Origin: Deltaproteobacteria bacterium
GTDB taxonomy: Bacteria; Desulfobacterota; Binatia; UBA9968; CAXXLF01
NCBI GenBank assembly: GCA_022571535.1
Contig: JACZXR010000001.1
Coordinates: forward strand, 1 to 24,974
Direction: 5' to 3'
Length of the DNA stretch: 24,974 nucleotides
This document shows positions 1-9,937 of this stretch, one piece after another. The notes under the pieces are model-generated. The model was not told the origin of the DNA. It made no database searches and saw only the letters and a list, made by a program, of their open reading frames with translations. The number at the start of each line of letters is the position of its first letter. Within the stretch, counting starts at the first letter, position 1. Both the position numbers and the translations under genes were made by a program.

Positions 1-1
1 C

Positions 2-721
2 TCCTCCAACCTGCCAGGCTACGTCAACGCTTACGGCATGCACACCCTGCACGGCCGATCGCTGGCGGTCGCCACGGGCGCCCAACTCGCCAATCACAAA
101 ATGAAGATTATAGCCACCGGTGGCGATGGCGATGGCTTCGGCATCGGGGGAAACCACTTCGTCCACAGCATGCGCCGAAACGTCGACCTGACCTACATCG
201 TCATGGACAACCAGATCTACGGGCTGACCACCGGCCAGATCTCCCCCACCAGCACCAAAGGGATGAAGACCAAAAGCACACCCGACGGAAGCGTGGAAAA
301 CCCGATCAATCCGATCCCCCTGGCCCTTGCCGCAGGGGCCACCTATGTGGCTCGAGGATTCACCGGTCAGGTAAAACACCTGGTCGAGCTCATCAAGGGT
401 GGTATCCAGCACAAAGGCTTTGCTTTCATTGACGTCTTTAGTCCGTGCGTGACCTACAACCACGACAACAGCCACGAGTTCTTCAAACAGCGCACCAAGA
501 AGCTGGGAGAGATGGGCCACGATCCAACCGACTTCCATGCAGCCATGGAGAAGGCCTATATGTGGGGTGAGGTCATCCCCATTGGCCTCTTCTGGAAACG
601 TGACGATCTCCCCTCGCTGGACCAGCTGGAGCCGATTTTGGAAGAGAGCGGTCCACTCGCCCGTCGTCCTCTGGGCATCTCTCCCGAGACCGCTAAGGCC
701 CTGATCAAAGAGTTGATGTAG
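2..721 (+). CDS. 2-oxoacid:ferredoxin oxidoreductase beta subunit (TPP-binding), 5'-partial
   Basis: The frame is open from base 2 (SSNLPGYVNAYGMHTLHGR). It has the TPP-binding motif GGDGDGFGIGGNH...MDNQIYGLTTGQ and FSPCVTYN. Confidence 0.93.
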   Translation, partial: SSNLPGYVNAYGMHTLHGRSLAVATGAQLANHKMKIIATGGDGDGFGIGGNHFVHSMRRNVDLTYIVMDNQIYGLTTGQISPTSTKGMKTKSTPDGSVENPINPIPLALAAGATYVARGFTGQVKHLVELIKGGIQHKGFAFIDVFSPCVTYNHDNSHEFFKQRTKKLGEMGHDPTDFHAAMEKAYMWGEVIPIGLFWKRDDLPSLDQLEPILEESGPLARRPLGISPETAKALIKELM

Positions 722-783
722 GGACCCCTCAGAAATTAACCGGCAACCCCAAGCCAGCGAGGTCTCCTCTATCAGCTCGGAAG

Positions 784-1497
784 ATGCCAACTTTACTCTT
801 TAAAGACCTGGGCCAGTTGGAATACCTTACCGCCCTATCTCTCCAGCAAAGACTCCTGGAAGAGAAACAGTGTGGCACAACCATGGACATGCTCCTTCTG
901 GTGGAGCATCCCCATGTCTTCACGAGCGGAAGAGCAGGCAGGGAAAAAAACATGTTGGATCGAGGAGACGTCCCCTTTCATCTCACCACCAGGGGAGGGG
1001 ATATCACCTATCACGGTCCTGGCCAGTTGGTAGCCTACCCCTTGCTGGATCTCAGATCCGCCCTACGAAGGGACGTCCACATCTATTTACGCAATCTGGA
1101 GCGAGTCCTGATTCAGACCGTCAATCTATTTGGCATCACGGCAAAGAGGGTCCCCCCCTGGACAGGGGTCTGGATCGAAAATAGAAAAATTGCCTCCATC
1201 GGCATTGCTGTCAGAAAAGGCATCACCTATCATGGCCTGGCCCTCAACATGTGCCCTGATCTCAGCTATTTTAACCGGATCATCCCTTGCGGGCTTCCCT
1301 GGGCTGAGATCACATCCATGGAGCGTGAGCTGGGAAGAGAGATTGACCCGAGAGAGGTAAAAGAAGCCTTTATCGATTGCTTCGCCAAGCGATTCCAGTA
1401 TACAGAGTTAGAGGAACTATGCCTCGAAGACACCCCGACTGGGTTAAAGTCAGAGCGCCAGGCAGCCCCAATTACCTTCGCCTCAAGCGGATTCTGA
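784..1497 (+). CDS. lipB: Lipoyl(octanoyl) transferase
   Basis: Motifs EHPHVFTSGR, RGGDITYHGPGQLVAYP, RKIASIG, HGLALN and IIPCGL. Confidence 0.95.
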   Translation: MPTLLFKDLGQLEYLTALSLQQRLLEEKQCGTTMDMLLLVEHPHVFTSGRAGREKNMLDRGDVPFHLTTRGGDITYHGPGQLVAYPLLDLRSALRRDVHIYLRNLERVLIQTVNLFGITAKRVPPWTGVWIENRKIASIGIAVRKGITYHGLALNMCPDLSYFNRIIPCGLPWAEITSMERELGREIDPREVKEAFIDCFAKRFQYTELEELCLEDTPTGLKSERQAAPITFASSGF

Positions 1498-2267
1498 GAG
1501 ATCATAGCCTCCATTCGGTCTGCGAAGAGGCGCGCTGCCCCAACATCGCCGAGTGCTGGGAAAATCACACCGCCACCTTCTTGATCCTGGGAGACATCTG
1601 CACGCGAGGCTGCCGCTTCTGTGCGATCAGCAAGGGAAGGCCAGGTCTCCTAGACCCGGAAGAGCCGCGCAATGTGGGCCTAGTAGTCAAAGAACTGGGA
1701 TTGGAACACATTGTGGTCACCTCGGTGGATCGGGACGATCTTCTAGACGGCGGCTCGGCCCACTTTGCCAAGACTGTCTTTTGGATCAAGCTCCTCAATC
1801 CCGGTATTCGTGTGGAGGTCCTCATCCCGGACTTCAAAGGAGACCATAAGGCCTTGGAGACCGTGGTCCAATCCGGCGTTCATATCCTTAACCACAACAT
1901 GGAAACAGTACCGCGGCTTTACAAAAAAGTGAGGCCGGGCTCCGTGTACCAGCGCTCGCTAGATATTCTAAAAACCGCCAAAGAGATACGGGAAAACGTG
2001 CTGACCAAATCAGGGTTGATGCTAGGCGTGGGAGAGACCACGGGCGAGGTGATGGGTACCTTGCAGGACCTAAGGGAAATCAACTGTGATATTGTCACCC
2101 TGGGTCAATATCTCCAACCTTCAACAGACCAGCTTGCGGTTGAGCGTTACGTTTCACCCGCCGAGTTTCAGGAACTCAAAACAGAGGCCCAGAAACTCGG
2201 ATTCCGTCATGTGGAGTCCGGACCTCTGGTTCGTAGCTCCTATCACGCCTGGAGCCACGTGTACTGA
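1419..2267 (+). CDS. lipA: Lipoyl synthase (radical SAM)
   Basis: CX4CX5C (CEEARCPNIAEC), CX3CX2C (CTRGCRFC) and C-terminal RSSY. Start moved from the ORF track's 1377 to ATG 1419, which follows a GAGGA ribosome-binding site and gives MPRRHPDWVKV. Confidence 0.95.
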   Translation: MPRRHPDWVKVRAPGSPNYLRLKRILRDHSLHSVCEEARCPNIAECWENHTATFLILGDICTRGCRFCAISKGRPGLLDPEEPRNVGLVVKELGLEHIVVTSVDRDDLLDGGSAHFAKTVFWIKLLNPGIRVEVLIPDFKGDHKALETVVQSGVHILNHNMETVPRLYKKVRPGSVYQRSLDILKTAKEIRENVLTKSGLMLGVGETTGEVMGTLQDLREINCDIVTLGQYLQPSTDQLAVERYVSPAEFQELKTEAQKLGFRHVESGPLVRSSYHAWSHVY

Positions 2268-2269
2268 AC

Positions 2270-2542
2270 CTAGGCTGTTTTGTTCTTGAAGTAGTCGGCG
2301 TCAATCTGGATGTATTGCTTCCACTTGTCCGGAGTCGCCGCCTCTTCAAAGATCGCCTCTACCGGACAAACCGGTTCACAGGCCCCACAGTCGATACACT
2401 CCTCAGGATCGATATAGAGTTTGTTAACCTTCTCGAATTCCTCAGTCTCATCTTTTGTGGGATGGATGCAATCCACCGGGCACACATCCACGCAGGCAAG
2501 GTCCTTAACATCTATACAGGGTTCAGCAATGATATAGGTCAT
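2270..2542 (-). CDS. 7Fe-type ([3Fe-4S]/[4Fe-4S]) dicluster ferredoxin
   Basis: C-x7-C-x3-CP-x2-C and CIDCGACEPVCP patterns as in FdI/FdxA-like ferredoxins. GAGGAG ribosome-binding site upstream. Confidence 0.92.
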   Translation of the reverse strand: MTYIIAEPCIDVKDLACVDVCPVDCIHPTKDETEEFEKVNKLYIDPEECIDCGACEPVCPVEAIFEEAATPDKWKQYIQIDADYFKNKTA

Positions 2543-2626
2543 CTACACTCCTCCTCTAGAAACTACATTTTAAGCAAATAGCAAACCAAAATGCCGAAGT
2601 CAATTGTCCAGTATTTCTCCTTCTCC

Positions 2627-4096
2627 CTATCCTTTGATAATCCCCACCGGACGGAAACGTGCTACCTTTTTCGAGATGCCCGCCCGCTCCATAGTCTCCA
2701 CCACAGCAGCCACGTCCTTGTAAGAATGAGGCATCTCCTCGGCCATCGTGGCCCTCCCTTGATATCGAGCCACCACGCCACGGCGTGCCATTTCCTGATC
2801 GATGTTGATGCCGCGACTGATCTTCCTGGACTGCGCCCGGCTCATGACTCGACCGGCCCCGTGACAGGTACTACCAAAGGTGGCCTCCATGGCCGTCTCG
2901 GTCCCGACAAGTAGAAAAGAATACCGGCCCATGTCACCCGGGACAAGAACCGGCTGTCCAATCTGTCGGTAGGCCTTTGGGATCAATGGGTGATTCGGGG
3001 GAAAGGCCCGTGTCGCACCTTTGCGATGGACACAAACACGACGGGGTTTTCCCTCTACCACATGCTCCTCTATCTTGGCGATATTGTGGCAGACGTCATA
3101 GATGAGAAAAAAGCCTAGCTCCCGTGGGCTGATCCCCAATACTCTAATGAAAGCCTTTTCTGCCTGGCTCATGATCACCTGTCGATTCGCCCACGCGTAA
3201 TTGGCGGCGCAGGCCATGGCTGCCAAATAATCCTGGCCCTCGGGAGACTTGACCGGGGTGCAGGCGAGCTGGCGGTCGGGAATGTCGATCTGGTATTTCC
3301 CAGTGGCCCGGTTCATAACCTTTAGAAAGTCCTCGCACGTCTGATAACCCAACCCTCGAGAGCCAGTATGGATCAGGACCAACAACTGATCAGGAAAGAG
3401 TCCCAAAATCTCAGCCTCCCGAGTTCGATAGATCTCCTCCACCCTGCCAATTTCAAGGAAGTGGTTTCCCGAGCCCAAGGTACCCACCTGCCTTAGGCCG
3501 CGTTCCAATGCCCTCTCACTGAGTAGATCTGCATCCGCACCCTGGAGTGCCCCCCCCTCTTCCATGTACTCGAGATCCTCCTGCCGGCCATATCCCTCCC
3601 CCACGGCCCAGCGTGCTCCCTCTCGCAGCAGACGCCTCTCGTCTCCCAGAGAAATTTTTGGGATAGCCCCGTGGGCTCCCACGCCAGACGGGATCGAAGA
3701 AAAGAGGGCCTCTACCAGCCGGGGTATCTTCTCCTCAACGTCGCGGAAAACCAAGTTGGTCCTTACCAAACGGACACCGCAATTGATGTCGTAGCCCACG
3801 CCTCCGGGTGAGATAACGCCGTTATCGTAGTCCATCGCCGCCACCCCACCAATGGGAAATCCGTAACCCCAGTGGATATCGGGCATGGCCAGAGAATAAC
3901 CTACAATACCAGGAAGGCAAGCGACGTTCATAACCTGCCTCATGCTGTTATTGTCCTGTAGACTCGGTAAAAGCTCCTCGCTGGCGTAAATTCGTCCGGG
4001 GACCCTCATCCCCCCTTGGCGGGGAATCTCCCAGAGCCACTCAGCGACGCGGCGAAGCTTGATCTCATCTCCTGCCGTTGTGTTTTCTCTAGACAT
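2627..4096 (-). CDS. rtcB: RtcB family RNA ligase (3'-phosphate/2',3'-cyclic phosphate to 5'-OH)
   Basis: Motifs MPDIHWGYGFPIGGV, GVGYDINCGVR, GTLGSGNHFLE, HTGSRG, DVCHN, HRKGATRAF and STCHGAGR. Confidence 0.96.
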   Translation of the reverse strand: MSRENTTAGDEIKLRRVAEWLWEIPRQGGMRVPGRIYASEELLPSLQDNNSMRQVMNVACLPGIVGYSLAMPDIHWGYGFPIGGVAAMDYDNGVISPGGVGYDINCGVRLVRTNLVFRDVEEKIPRLVEALFSSIPSGVGAHGAIPKISLGDERRLLREGARWAVGEGYGRQEDLEYMEEGGALQGADADLLSERALERGLRQVGTLGSGNHFLEIGRVEEIYRTREAEILGLFPDQLLVLIHTGSRGLGYQTCEDFLKVMNRATGKYQIDIPDRQLACTPVKSPEGQDYLAAMACAANYAWANRQVIMSQAEKAFIRVLGISPRELGFFLIYDVCHNIAKIEEHVVEGKPRRVCVHRKGATRAFPPNHPLIPKAYRQIGQPVLVPGDMGRYSFLLVGTETAMEATFGSTCHGAGRVMSRAQSRKISRGINIDQEMARRGVVARYQGRATMAEEMPHSYKDVAAVVETMERAGISKKVARFRPVGIIKG

Positions 4097-4502
4097 CGAA
4101 AATCACCCTGGCACGCCACATGCCGTCCTCCTGCCAAACTTTAAAATCGTGATAGGTGACCCCTTTAATCTCGGTATAAAAGCGATGGCGCTCGAGATCC
4201 AGGCACTCCCCCCAAATCAACCCTTCCACCCGTTCATGCAGGAGACTCACAATCTCGCAACGTTTTCCGCCAAAGCCCTTGAGGTTAAATTGGGCCAGGA
4301 GCTCGCACAGCCAAGCATGGAAAAGCTCCTCCCATCCCTGACCCATTGCCGAAACGGCAATCTTCTCCTTCGGGTTGATGTCGTCGGAATCAGCCACTAG
4401 GCCAAAGAGGGCCTCTGCTGCCTCAGAAAAGAGACCTGACAAATCCGCAGTCTCAATCTCAATGCCCAGATCTGCTGTATGCTCGATCTCCCGAGTAGTC
4501 AT
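4089..4502 (-). CDS. Archease (RtcB activator family)
   Basis: N-terminal IEHTADLGI and C-terminal EIKGVTYHDF. Overlaps the rtcB start by 8 nt. Confidence 0.93.
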   Translation of the reverse strand: MTTREIEHTADLGIEIETADLSGLFSEAAEALFGLVADSDDINPKEKIAVSAMGQGWEELFHAWLCELLAQFNLKGFGGKRCEIVSLLHERVEGLIWGECLDLERHRFYTEIKGVTYHDFKVWQEDGMWRARVIFDV

Positions 4503-4524
4503 CGGTCAGTGATGAAAAACACCC

Positions 4525-5895
4525 TCAGTGTGTTATCAGCTTAACCATGGCGTCACGGATGACCCGCTCGCTCACCTCGCCAAAGCGCTCTTTGAAACGC
4601 TCAAGGGGAATCACTGCTTTAGCCATGGACCGGTGCCCACCGGCGCTGCCGAGATGGTCGAAGATCCGCTTTAATATCTCGCCCGCACTTTTCACGTATC
4701 CTACATTTCGCACCGAGATCACTACCCGATCGCCACAGAGCCCAGAGACAACCCCCCACTCCACCCCTTCAATCTGGAGGCAGAACTCAGCCAGTTGGGG
4801 AATGACATCCTCCCTTTTGATTTCCCCTACATGAATGACCGCAACACCGTTGACCAACTCAAGGCGACTCAGGGCCCTGCCTAGGGCCTCCAGATCCTCC
4901 CGCGGCAGCGCCGGCCGCTCCATCCTGACAATCATGGCCCTGTTACCAAAGGGATACAAAAAGCTAAAGGCCTCCAGATCAGCATGATGACTCCCGCGTT
5001 CCAAAAAGAGCGTATCGCTTTTGATCCCATAGAGGAGCGCTGTGGCAAGTCTCTGGGAAGGCTCCATATTTGCTGCACGGAGATACTCCGTGAATATCGT
5101 CGAGGTCGCACCATAATGCGCCCTGAGATCCGTATAGCGGGCCGAAAAAGAAACTCGCTTGGGGTGATGATCCACGACGAGGTCTATCTTACCCAGAGGG
5201 CGCTTGAAGTACGGAGGCTGTACATCCACCAGAGCCAACTTTGTCCCTTCTTGGTGGAGATCCTCATAAGTGATCCTTTCAATCTGAATCTCCAGCAGCC
5301 TGAGCATGGCGAGATTTTCCGGCCGGGTCACCGCACCAAAAGTGACGATAGGCGTGGTAGCTCGGTTCCGCCCCAAGAGCTCCCGCAAAGCCAGGGCACT
5401 ACCGATCGCATCAGGGTCAGGATCATGCTGCAACAAAATAAGGATCTTGTCTTTTTCCCCGAAAAGAGACCGGATCCGAATAACACGCTGCCGGTTGAGG
5501 GAGCTGAGAATCTGCGGCGCGCAAAATTCCTGGAAGATGTCTTCCAGTAAAACCTCTCGTAATAATGGGTCTTTCCTGTCACGCGATGCCTCCTTGCCGG
5601 AAGAGAGGAACAGGATAGGCAACTCCCTTCTAAAGGTTCTCAGAAGAGTGATGATTCGTTTTCGAAGCTTTGTCTCTCTGACAAAAATGATTGCGTGATG
5701 GATGTCCTCCAGCTTTATTTTCTTGTAAGACCTTTCGTGGTCCAGCGCTCCTGAGAGACATTTCGCCCCCGACCTCCTGACCTTTCTCGCAGCCCCAGAA
5801 TCCTGGATCAGAAAGAGGACCTCGCCCTGCCTAGCGGGAAACCGACGCATGAATCGGAAGAGCAGGTCATCGTTACAAATCGCTAAGTATCCCAC
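4525..5895 (-). CDS. DHH/DHHA1 family phosphoesterase with a degenerate RCK_N/TrkA-N-like N-terminal domain
   Basis: Motifs HDPDPDAIGSA, LVDVQP, VVDHHP, GIKSDT and SAGGHRSMA. The N-terminal ~130 aa look Rossmann-like but lack GxGxxG, so that domain call is an inference. GTG start. Confidence 0.85.
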   Translation of the reverse strand: MGYLAICNDDLLFRFMRRFPARQGEVLFLIQDSGAARKVRRSGAKCLSGALDHERSYKKIKLEDIHHAIIFVRETKLRKRIITLLRTFRRELPILFLSSGKEASRDRKDPLLREVLLEDIFQEFCAPQILSSLNRQRVIRIRSLFGEKDKILILLQHDPDPDAIGSALALRELLGRNRATTPIVTFGAVTRPENLAMLRLLEIQIERITYEDLHQEGTKLALVDVQPPYFKRPLGKIDLVVDHHPKRVSFSARYTDLRAHYGATSTIFTEYLRAANMEPSQRLATALLYGIKSDTLFLERGSHHADLEAFSFLYPFGNRAMIVRMERPALPREDLEALGRALSRLELVNGVAVIHVGEIKREDVIPQLAEFCLQIEGVEWGVVSGLCGDRVVISVRNVGYVKSAGEILKRIFDHLGSAGGHRSMAKAVIPLERFKERFGEVSERVIRDAMVKLITH

Positions 5896-6064
5896 AGGGT
5901 TTTCCCTTGAGAGGGGTAATTTTAGAACTGCAAGGAGAGGGCTTCGTGGGGGGGGGAGGAACTAATGATCATCACAGACACATACACTAACATTAAGCCG
6001 AACTCAATGGAAGGGCAACGCAAGCCTGTGAAGGTTGCATCGCAAACCAAGATAGGCTTGACCT

Positions 6065-6436
6065 TCATCGCACCGGGACGGGTTTCCCATTTCCATCGAC
6101 CGCCACATAAACAACCTCCGCCTCGGTGACCTTAACCCGAACTCCCGGTTGGCCATAGCGCTCGGCCTCAACCTCAACGCGGATCGTGAGAGAGGTTTTC
6201 CCCTCACGTACCTCACGTGCATAGAAGCTAACCACATCGCCGACATAGACGGGCGCGATAAACTCGACCTCACGCATTGCCTTGGTGACAAAATTCCTGG
6301 TGGCACACTGGGAGGCTGCAATGCCGCCCGCCAGGTCGATGTGGCTCAGGATAATTCCCCCAAAAATGGTTCCACCAGCATTGGTATCCCTGGGGAGCAG
6401 GGTCACTCTTAGAGTAGGATCACGTGCTAGGGGCAT
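6065..6436 (-). CDS. Acyl-CoA thioesterase (hotdog fold, YciA-like)
   Basis: [13 protein letters not shown]...IDLAGG and [13 protein letters not shown]. Confidence 0.9.
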   Translation of the reverse strand: MPLARDPTLRVTLLPRDTNAGGTIFGGIILSHIDLAGGIAASQCATRNFVTKAMREVEFIAPVYVGDVVSFYAREVREGKTSLTIRVEVEAERYGQPGVRVKVTEAEVVYVAVDGNGKPVPVR

Positions 6437-6467
6437 CGTCTGGACAAGGCCCTTTTCCAGATCAAGC

Positions 6468-7397
6468 TCAGAGGGTGGTCAGCCAGTCCGGGTAGCTTTT
6501 ATCTTTCCCTTTGGTGATGTTAAAAAATGCCTGTTGCAAGTCGTAGGTGACAGGACCTGGACAGCCAGGACCAACCTTGCGGTTATCCACCTCTCGGACT
6601 GGTGTCACCTCCGCAGCGGTCCCAGTAAAAAAAACCTCATCCGCAATGTAAAGCTCGTCACGAGTAAAGCACTCTTCAACCACAGGGTACCCTCTGTCCC
6701 GTGCAATCGTGAGTACGGAATCCCTTGTGATCCCAGGTAGGATTGATGTGTGAGGGGTTGTCTTGACTCGTCCTTGTCGAACAATAAAGATATTCTCACC
6801 GCTGGCCTCTGCCACATAACCTTCGGTATCAAGCATGATAGCCTCATCGTAACCAGCTTCCTTGACCTCATTCTTGGCCAAAACGGAATTGACATAATTA
6901 CCCGTGATCTTGCTCTTGGTCATCATCACGTTGACGTGATGGCGGGTGTAAGAGGAGATCTTCGCCCGTATACCGTTCCTGATCCCTTCCTCCCCTAGAT
7001 AGGCTCCCCACGGCCACGCGGCAATGATCACATGAACTGGATTTTCCGGCGCATATAACCCCATCTCCCCCAACCCCAAGAACGCGAGAGGACGGATATA
7101 ACACTCCTTAAGTCCGTTGGCCCTGATCACCTCCAGGACCGCCTGCTCCATCTGTTCCAGCGTATAAGGAAGAGGAAAACCCAAAATCCGCCCAGAGTCA
7201 AAAAACCTACGGAGGTGCTCCCCCAATCGGAAGACAGCCGAGCGACCATCCTCCATGGCATAGCAGCGGATCCCCTCAAAATACCCGGTCCCATAGTGAA
7301 GCGAATGGGTCAGGACGTGGACCGTGGCCTCTTCCCATCGAACCATCTGGTTGTCCATCCAGATTTTTTCCGTTTTCAATGACGTCGCGATTCCCAT
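6468..7397 (-). CDS. ilvE: Branched-chain amino acid aminotransferase (PLP class IV)
   Basis: [42 protein letters not shown] and [11 protein letters not shown]. Confidence 0.95.
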   Translation of the reverse strand: MGIATSLKTEKIWMDNQMVRWEEATVHVLTHSLHYGTGYFEGIRCYAMEDGRSAVFRLGEHLRRFFDSGRILGFPLPYTLEQMEQAVLEVIRANGLKECYIRPLAFLGLGEMGLYAPENPVHVIIAAWPWGAYLGEEGIRNGIRAKISSYTRHHVNVMMTKSKITGNYVNSVLAKNEVKEAGYDEAIMLDTEGYVAEASGENIFIVRQGRVKTTPHTSILPGITRDSVLTIARDRGYPVVEECFTRDELYIADEVFFTGTAAEVTPVREVDNRKVGPGCPGPVTYDLQQAFFNITKGKDKSYPDWLTTL

Positions 7398-7482
7398 GCG
7401 ATTGAAAGTTCCTCCGCTGAGCCCACGGCACTGCGCCGCGCTATTCTATTTCCCTCTTCAACACCCATCAAGGGCAAGAGAC

Positions 7483-7516
7483 AAAAAAAGGCCACCATGC
7501 CTCACCCATGGTGGCC
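7483..7516 (-). terminator. Rho-independent terminator downstream of HU
   Basis: Perfect 10-bp stem GGCCACCATG/CATGGTGGCC with a 7-nt loop, followed by T7 on the - strand. Confidence 0.85.
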
Positions 7517-7538
7517 ACAAAAAGATTCTGCCTTTGGT

Positions 7539-7808
7539 TTACAGGCCCTTCTTTAAAGCTGGCGCAGGCTTGAACCCTACGGTCCGACTTGCCCTGATAT
7601 TGATCACGGCTCCTGTCTGAGGATTTCTCCCCTTCCTTGCCTTTCGTGACCGTACCGAAAATGTACCAAATCCCGGCACCTGAATCCGCTTGTCTCTCTT
7701 GATCGATCGAGCAATACTTCCAAAGGTTGCATCCACTGCCTCCCCTGCGGCCCTCTTGCTTATCTTAACCGCCTTGGCCACCGCACTGATGAGCTCGGCC
7801 TTGGTCAT
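7539..7808 (-). CDS. hup: HU family histone-like DNA-binding protein
   Basis: MTKAELI start and GFGTFSVRSRKARKGRNPQTG. AGGAGG ribosome-binding site. Confidence 0.95.
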   Translation of the reverse strand: MTKAELISAVAKAVKISKRAAGEAVDATFGSIARSIKRDKRIQVPGFGTFSVRSRKARKGRNPQTGAVINIRASRTVGFKPAPALKKGL

Positions 7809-7950
7809 AATTTTTCTCCTCCTTTTACTAGTTTTTTATTTCTCACCCTATCGGAGCCTCCGCAAAACTATGAAGGTTGCCCCTGCAAGCTTTCCCACCT
7901 TTTGTTACTATCCCCAAATTCGGAGCCAAATGTCAACAAAAAAAGTCAAC

Positions 7951-8994
7951 CTAAACGGGAAAAACAACAAGGTGTGTTGGGCGCACCGTGACCTTCACCC
8001 TGGTTCCTGGGGGGAGGACCCGGTCCGAGGACTGGCTGCTGCGAAGGAGAATTCCTGACGGCAGCGCCAAGGAATAGCGGTTCTCCGAGCCGCGAAATTT
8101 TCTACCCGCAATGAGACCATTACCATCTTGGCTCGGCTCGAAGTCTACATCGTCCGGTCGTATCATCACCTCAATCCTTGTCCCCTTTGGCAGACCAGAC
8201 CCATCATGGAATGTCCCCACCTCGGTCACGATCCCTTCCCTAACCTCCCCGGGCAAGAAATCCGCCTCTCCCACAAAATCGGCAACAAATCGAGTCGCTG
8301 GGGTGTGATAAAGGACCTCCGGAGCGTCCATCTGTTCCAGGGACCCATTGTTCAGAACCCCTACCACGTGGGCCATAGAAAAAGCCACCTCCTGGTCATG
8401 GGTGACCAGAATGGCGCTCATGCCCGAATCCTGAAGGATTCTTTCCACCTCACGCCGCATCTCAGTTCTCATGTCCGCATCCAGATCACTAAAGGGCTCA
8501 TCGAGAAGAATCACGATCGGGCCCCGTGCCAGGGCTCGGGCGAGGGCTACTCGTTGCTGCTGTCCCCCGGAGAGCTCATGCGGATAGCGCTTGGCCATTG
8601 CGCCCATTCCTACCATCTCCAGGACCTCCATGGCCTTCTGCTCTCTTTCACGTTTACCCCGTATCTGAACACCGAACGCTGCATTCTCCAGAAGGGTCAA
8701 ATGAGGGAACAGGGCGTAGTCCTGGAAGACCATACCGATCTCTCTGGACTCTGGAGGAACCCAAATCTCCCCACCTGCCACGGGCATGCCATTCAGCAAA
8801 ATCATACCCTCATCCGGGACTTCGAAACCGGCAATCAAGCGCAAGGCTGTGGTCTTTCCAGACCCACTCGGTCCTAAAAGAGCCAGGATCTCCCCTTTTT
8901 CCAGGTTCAAACTCAAGCGGGAAACTGCAGGAGGTAAACCGGGAGAGTAGCTCTTACTGACCTCTTTGAGGGTTACCAGGCTAGGCCTATCCAT
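7951..8994 (-). CDS. ABC importer ATP-binding subunit (FbpC/PotA-like, TOBE C-terminus)
   Basis: Walker A GPSGSGKT, signature LSGGQQQR, Walker B ILLDEP and H-loop VTHD. Start placed at ATG 8994 (8-nt overlap with the ppx stop); the alternative is 9015. Confidence 0.9.
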   Translation of the reverse strand: MDRPSLVTLKEVSKSYSPGLPPAVSRLSLNLEKGEILALLGPSGSGKTTALRLIAGFEVPDEGMILLNGMPVAGGEIWVPPESREIGMVFQDYALFPHLTLLENAAFGVQIRGKREREQKAMEVLEMVGMGAMAKRYPHELSGGQQQRVALARALARGPIVILLDEPFSDLDADMRTEMRREVERILQDSGMSAILVTHDQEVAFSMAHVVGVLNNGSLEQMDAPEVLYHTPATRFVADFVGEADFLPGEVREGIVTEVGTFHDGSGLPKGTRIEVMIRPDDVDFEPSQDGNGLIAGRKFRGSENRYSLALPSGILLRSSQSSDRVLPPGTRVKVTVRPTHLVVFPV

Positions 8995-9928
8995 TTTTCC
9001 GCTCAAGCCGGTCATAGAGAAACCCGTGTCGAATGCCCTGATCGCTCACCACAACACGATCGATGTGAAAAAGCCCCATAATCCTATCGATCAACAGAGA
9101 CCCGGCAAGGATCACATCCGCCCTCTTTGGCTCCAACCCGGGAATTTCTCTACGCTCGGCGATCGTTCTGCCCTTGAAAATCTGAATCTGCCGCTGAATC
9201 TCTTCTCGATGGAGAAAACTCCCATGAACTTCAGTTGACGAATAGCACACAAGGGCTTTCCCCACCGCTGAAAGAGTCGTAAAGGTTCCTGCCATCCCTA
9301 CCATGGCGCCGAAAACAGCCTCCTCCTTCCAGTCGGCCAGCGATCCCTCTAATGTATCATCAACGGCCTCAGCCAATCGGGACCATTCTTCTTCTCGAAC
9401 TGGATCCGAAAAGAGGAATCTCTCCGTTAGCCTTACCGCTCCCATCTGTAGGCTTGTCCAACGGTGAAGTTCTTTATCCCGGCCCCAAATAAACTCTGTG
9501 CTCCCCCCACCCACATCCACCACTAACAACTCCTTGGCTTCTAGAGATAGCCCTCTCTGAACCGCAAGAAATGAGTAGCGGGCTTCCTCTTCCGGCGATA
9601 AGACACAGAGGTCTAACTTCAACTCCCGCTTGAGACGAACTTTAAAGTCCCCTGCATTGGCGGCATCTCTGAGGGCACTGGTCCCAACAACTTCTATCTC
9701 TTCCACGTTGAGACTCCGACACCTTTCACAATAGCCTCGTAGGACATCCAGGGTTCGGTCCTGACCTCCTTCACCGAGAAACCCGCTACGATCCACTCCC
9801 TCACCCAGTCGGGTAATTTCTGCCCGGTCCTCAATGAAACGGAAGCCCCCCTTTTTGCCGAGCTCAGCAACCAGAAGAAGGATCGTGTTGGTACCCACGT
9901 CGATGGTAGCCAAACGACGTCCGTCCAT
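8987..9928 (-). CDS. ppx: Ppx/GppA family phosphatase (short form)
   Basis: IDVGTNTI, GTSALRDAAN, EEEA, VDVGGGSTE, GMAGT and RADVILAG. Confidence 0.92.
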   Translation of the reverse strand: MDGRRLATIDVGTNTILLLVAELGKKGGFRFIEDRAEITRLGEGVDRSGFLGEGGQDRTLDVLRGYCERCRSLNVEEIEVVGTSALRDAANAGDFKVRLKRELKLDLCVLSPEEEARYSFLAVQRGLSLEAKELLVVDVGGGSTEFIWGRDKELHRWTSLQMGAVRLTERFLFSDPVREEEWSRLAEAVDDTLEGSLADWKEEAVFGAMVGMAGTFTTLSAVGKALVCYSSTEVHGSFLHREEIQRQIQIFKGRTIAERREIPGLEPKRADVILAGSLLIDRIMGLFHIDRVVVSDQGIRHGFLYDRLERKNG

Positions 9929-9937
9929 ATTCCCTCT

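Noticed and set aside
5948-5956. G9 homopolymer upstream of the DHH gene as a phase-variation switch
   Set aside because: It is not placed between recognisable -35/-10 boxes, it is intergenic, and the adjacent genes are not typical contingency loci.
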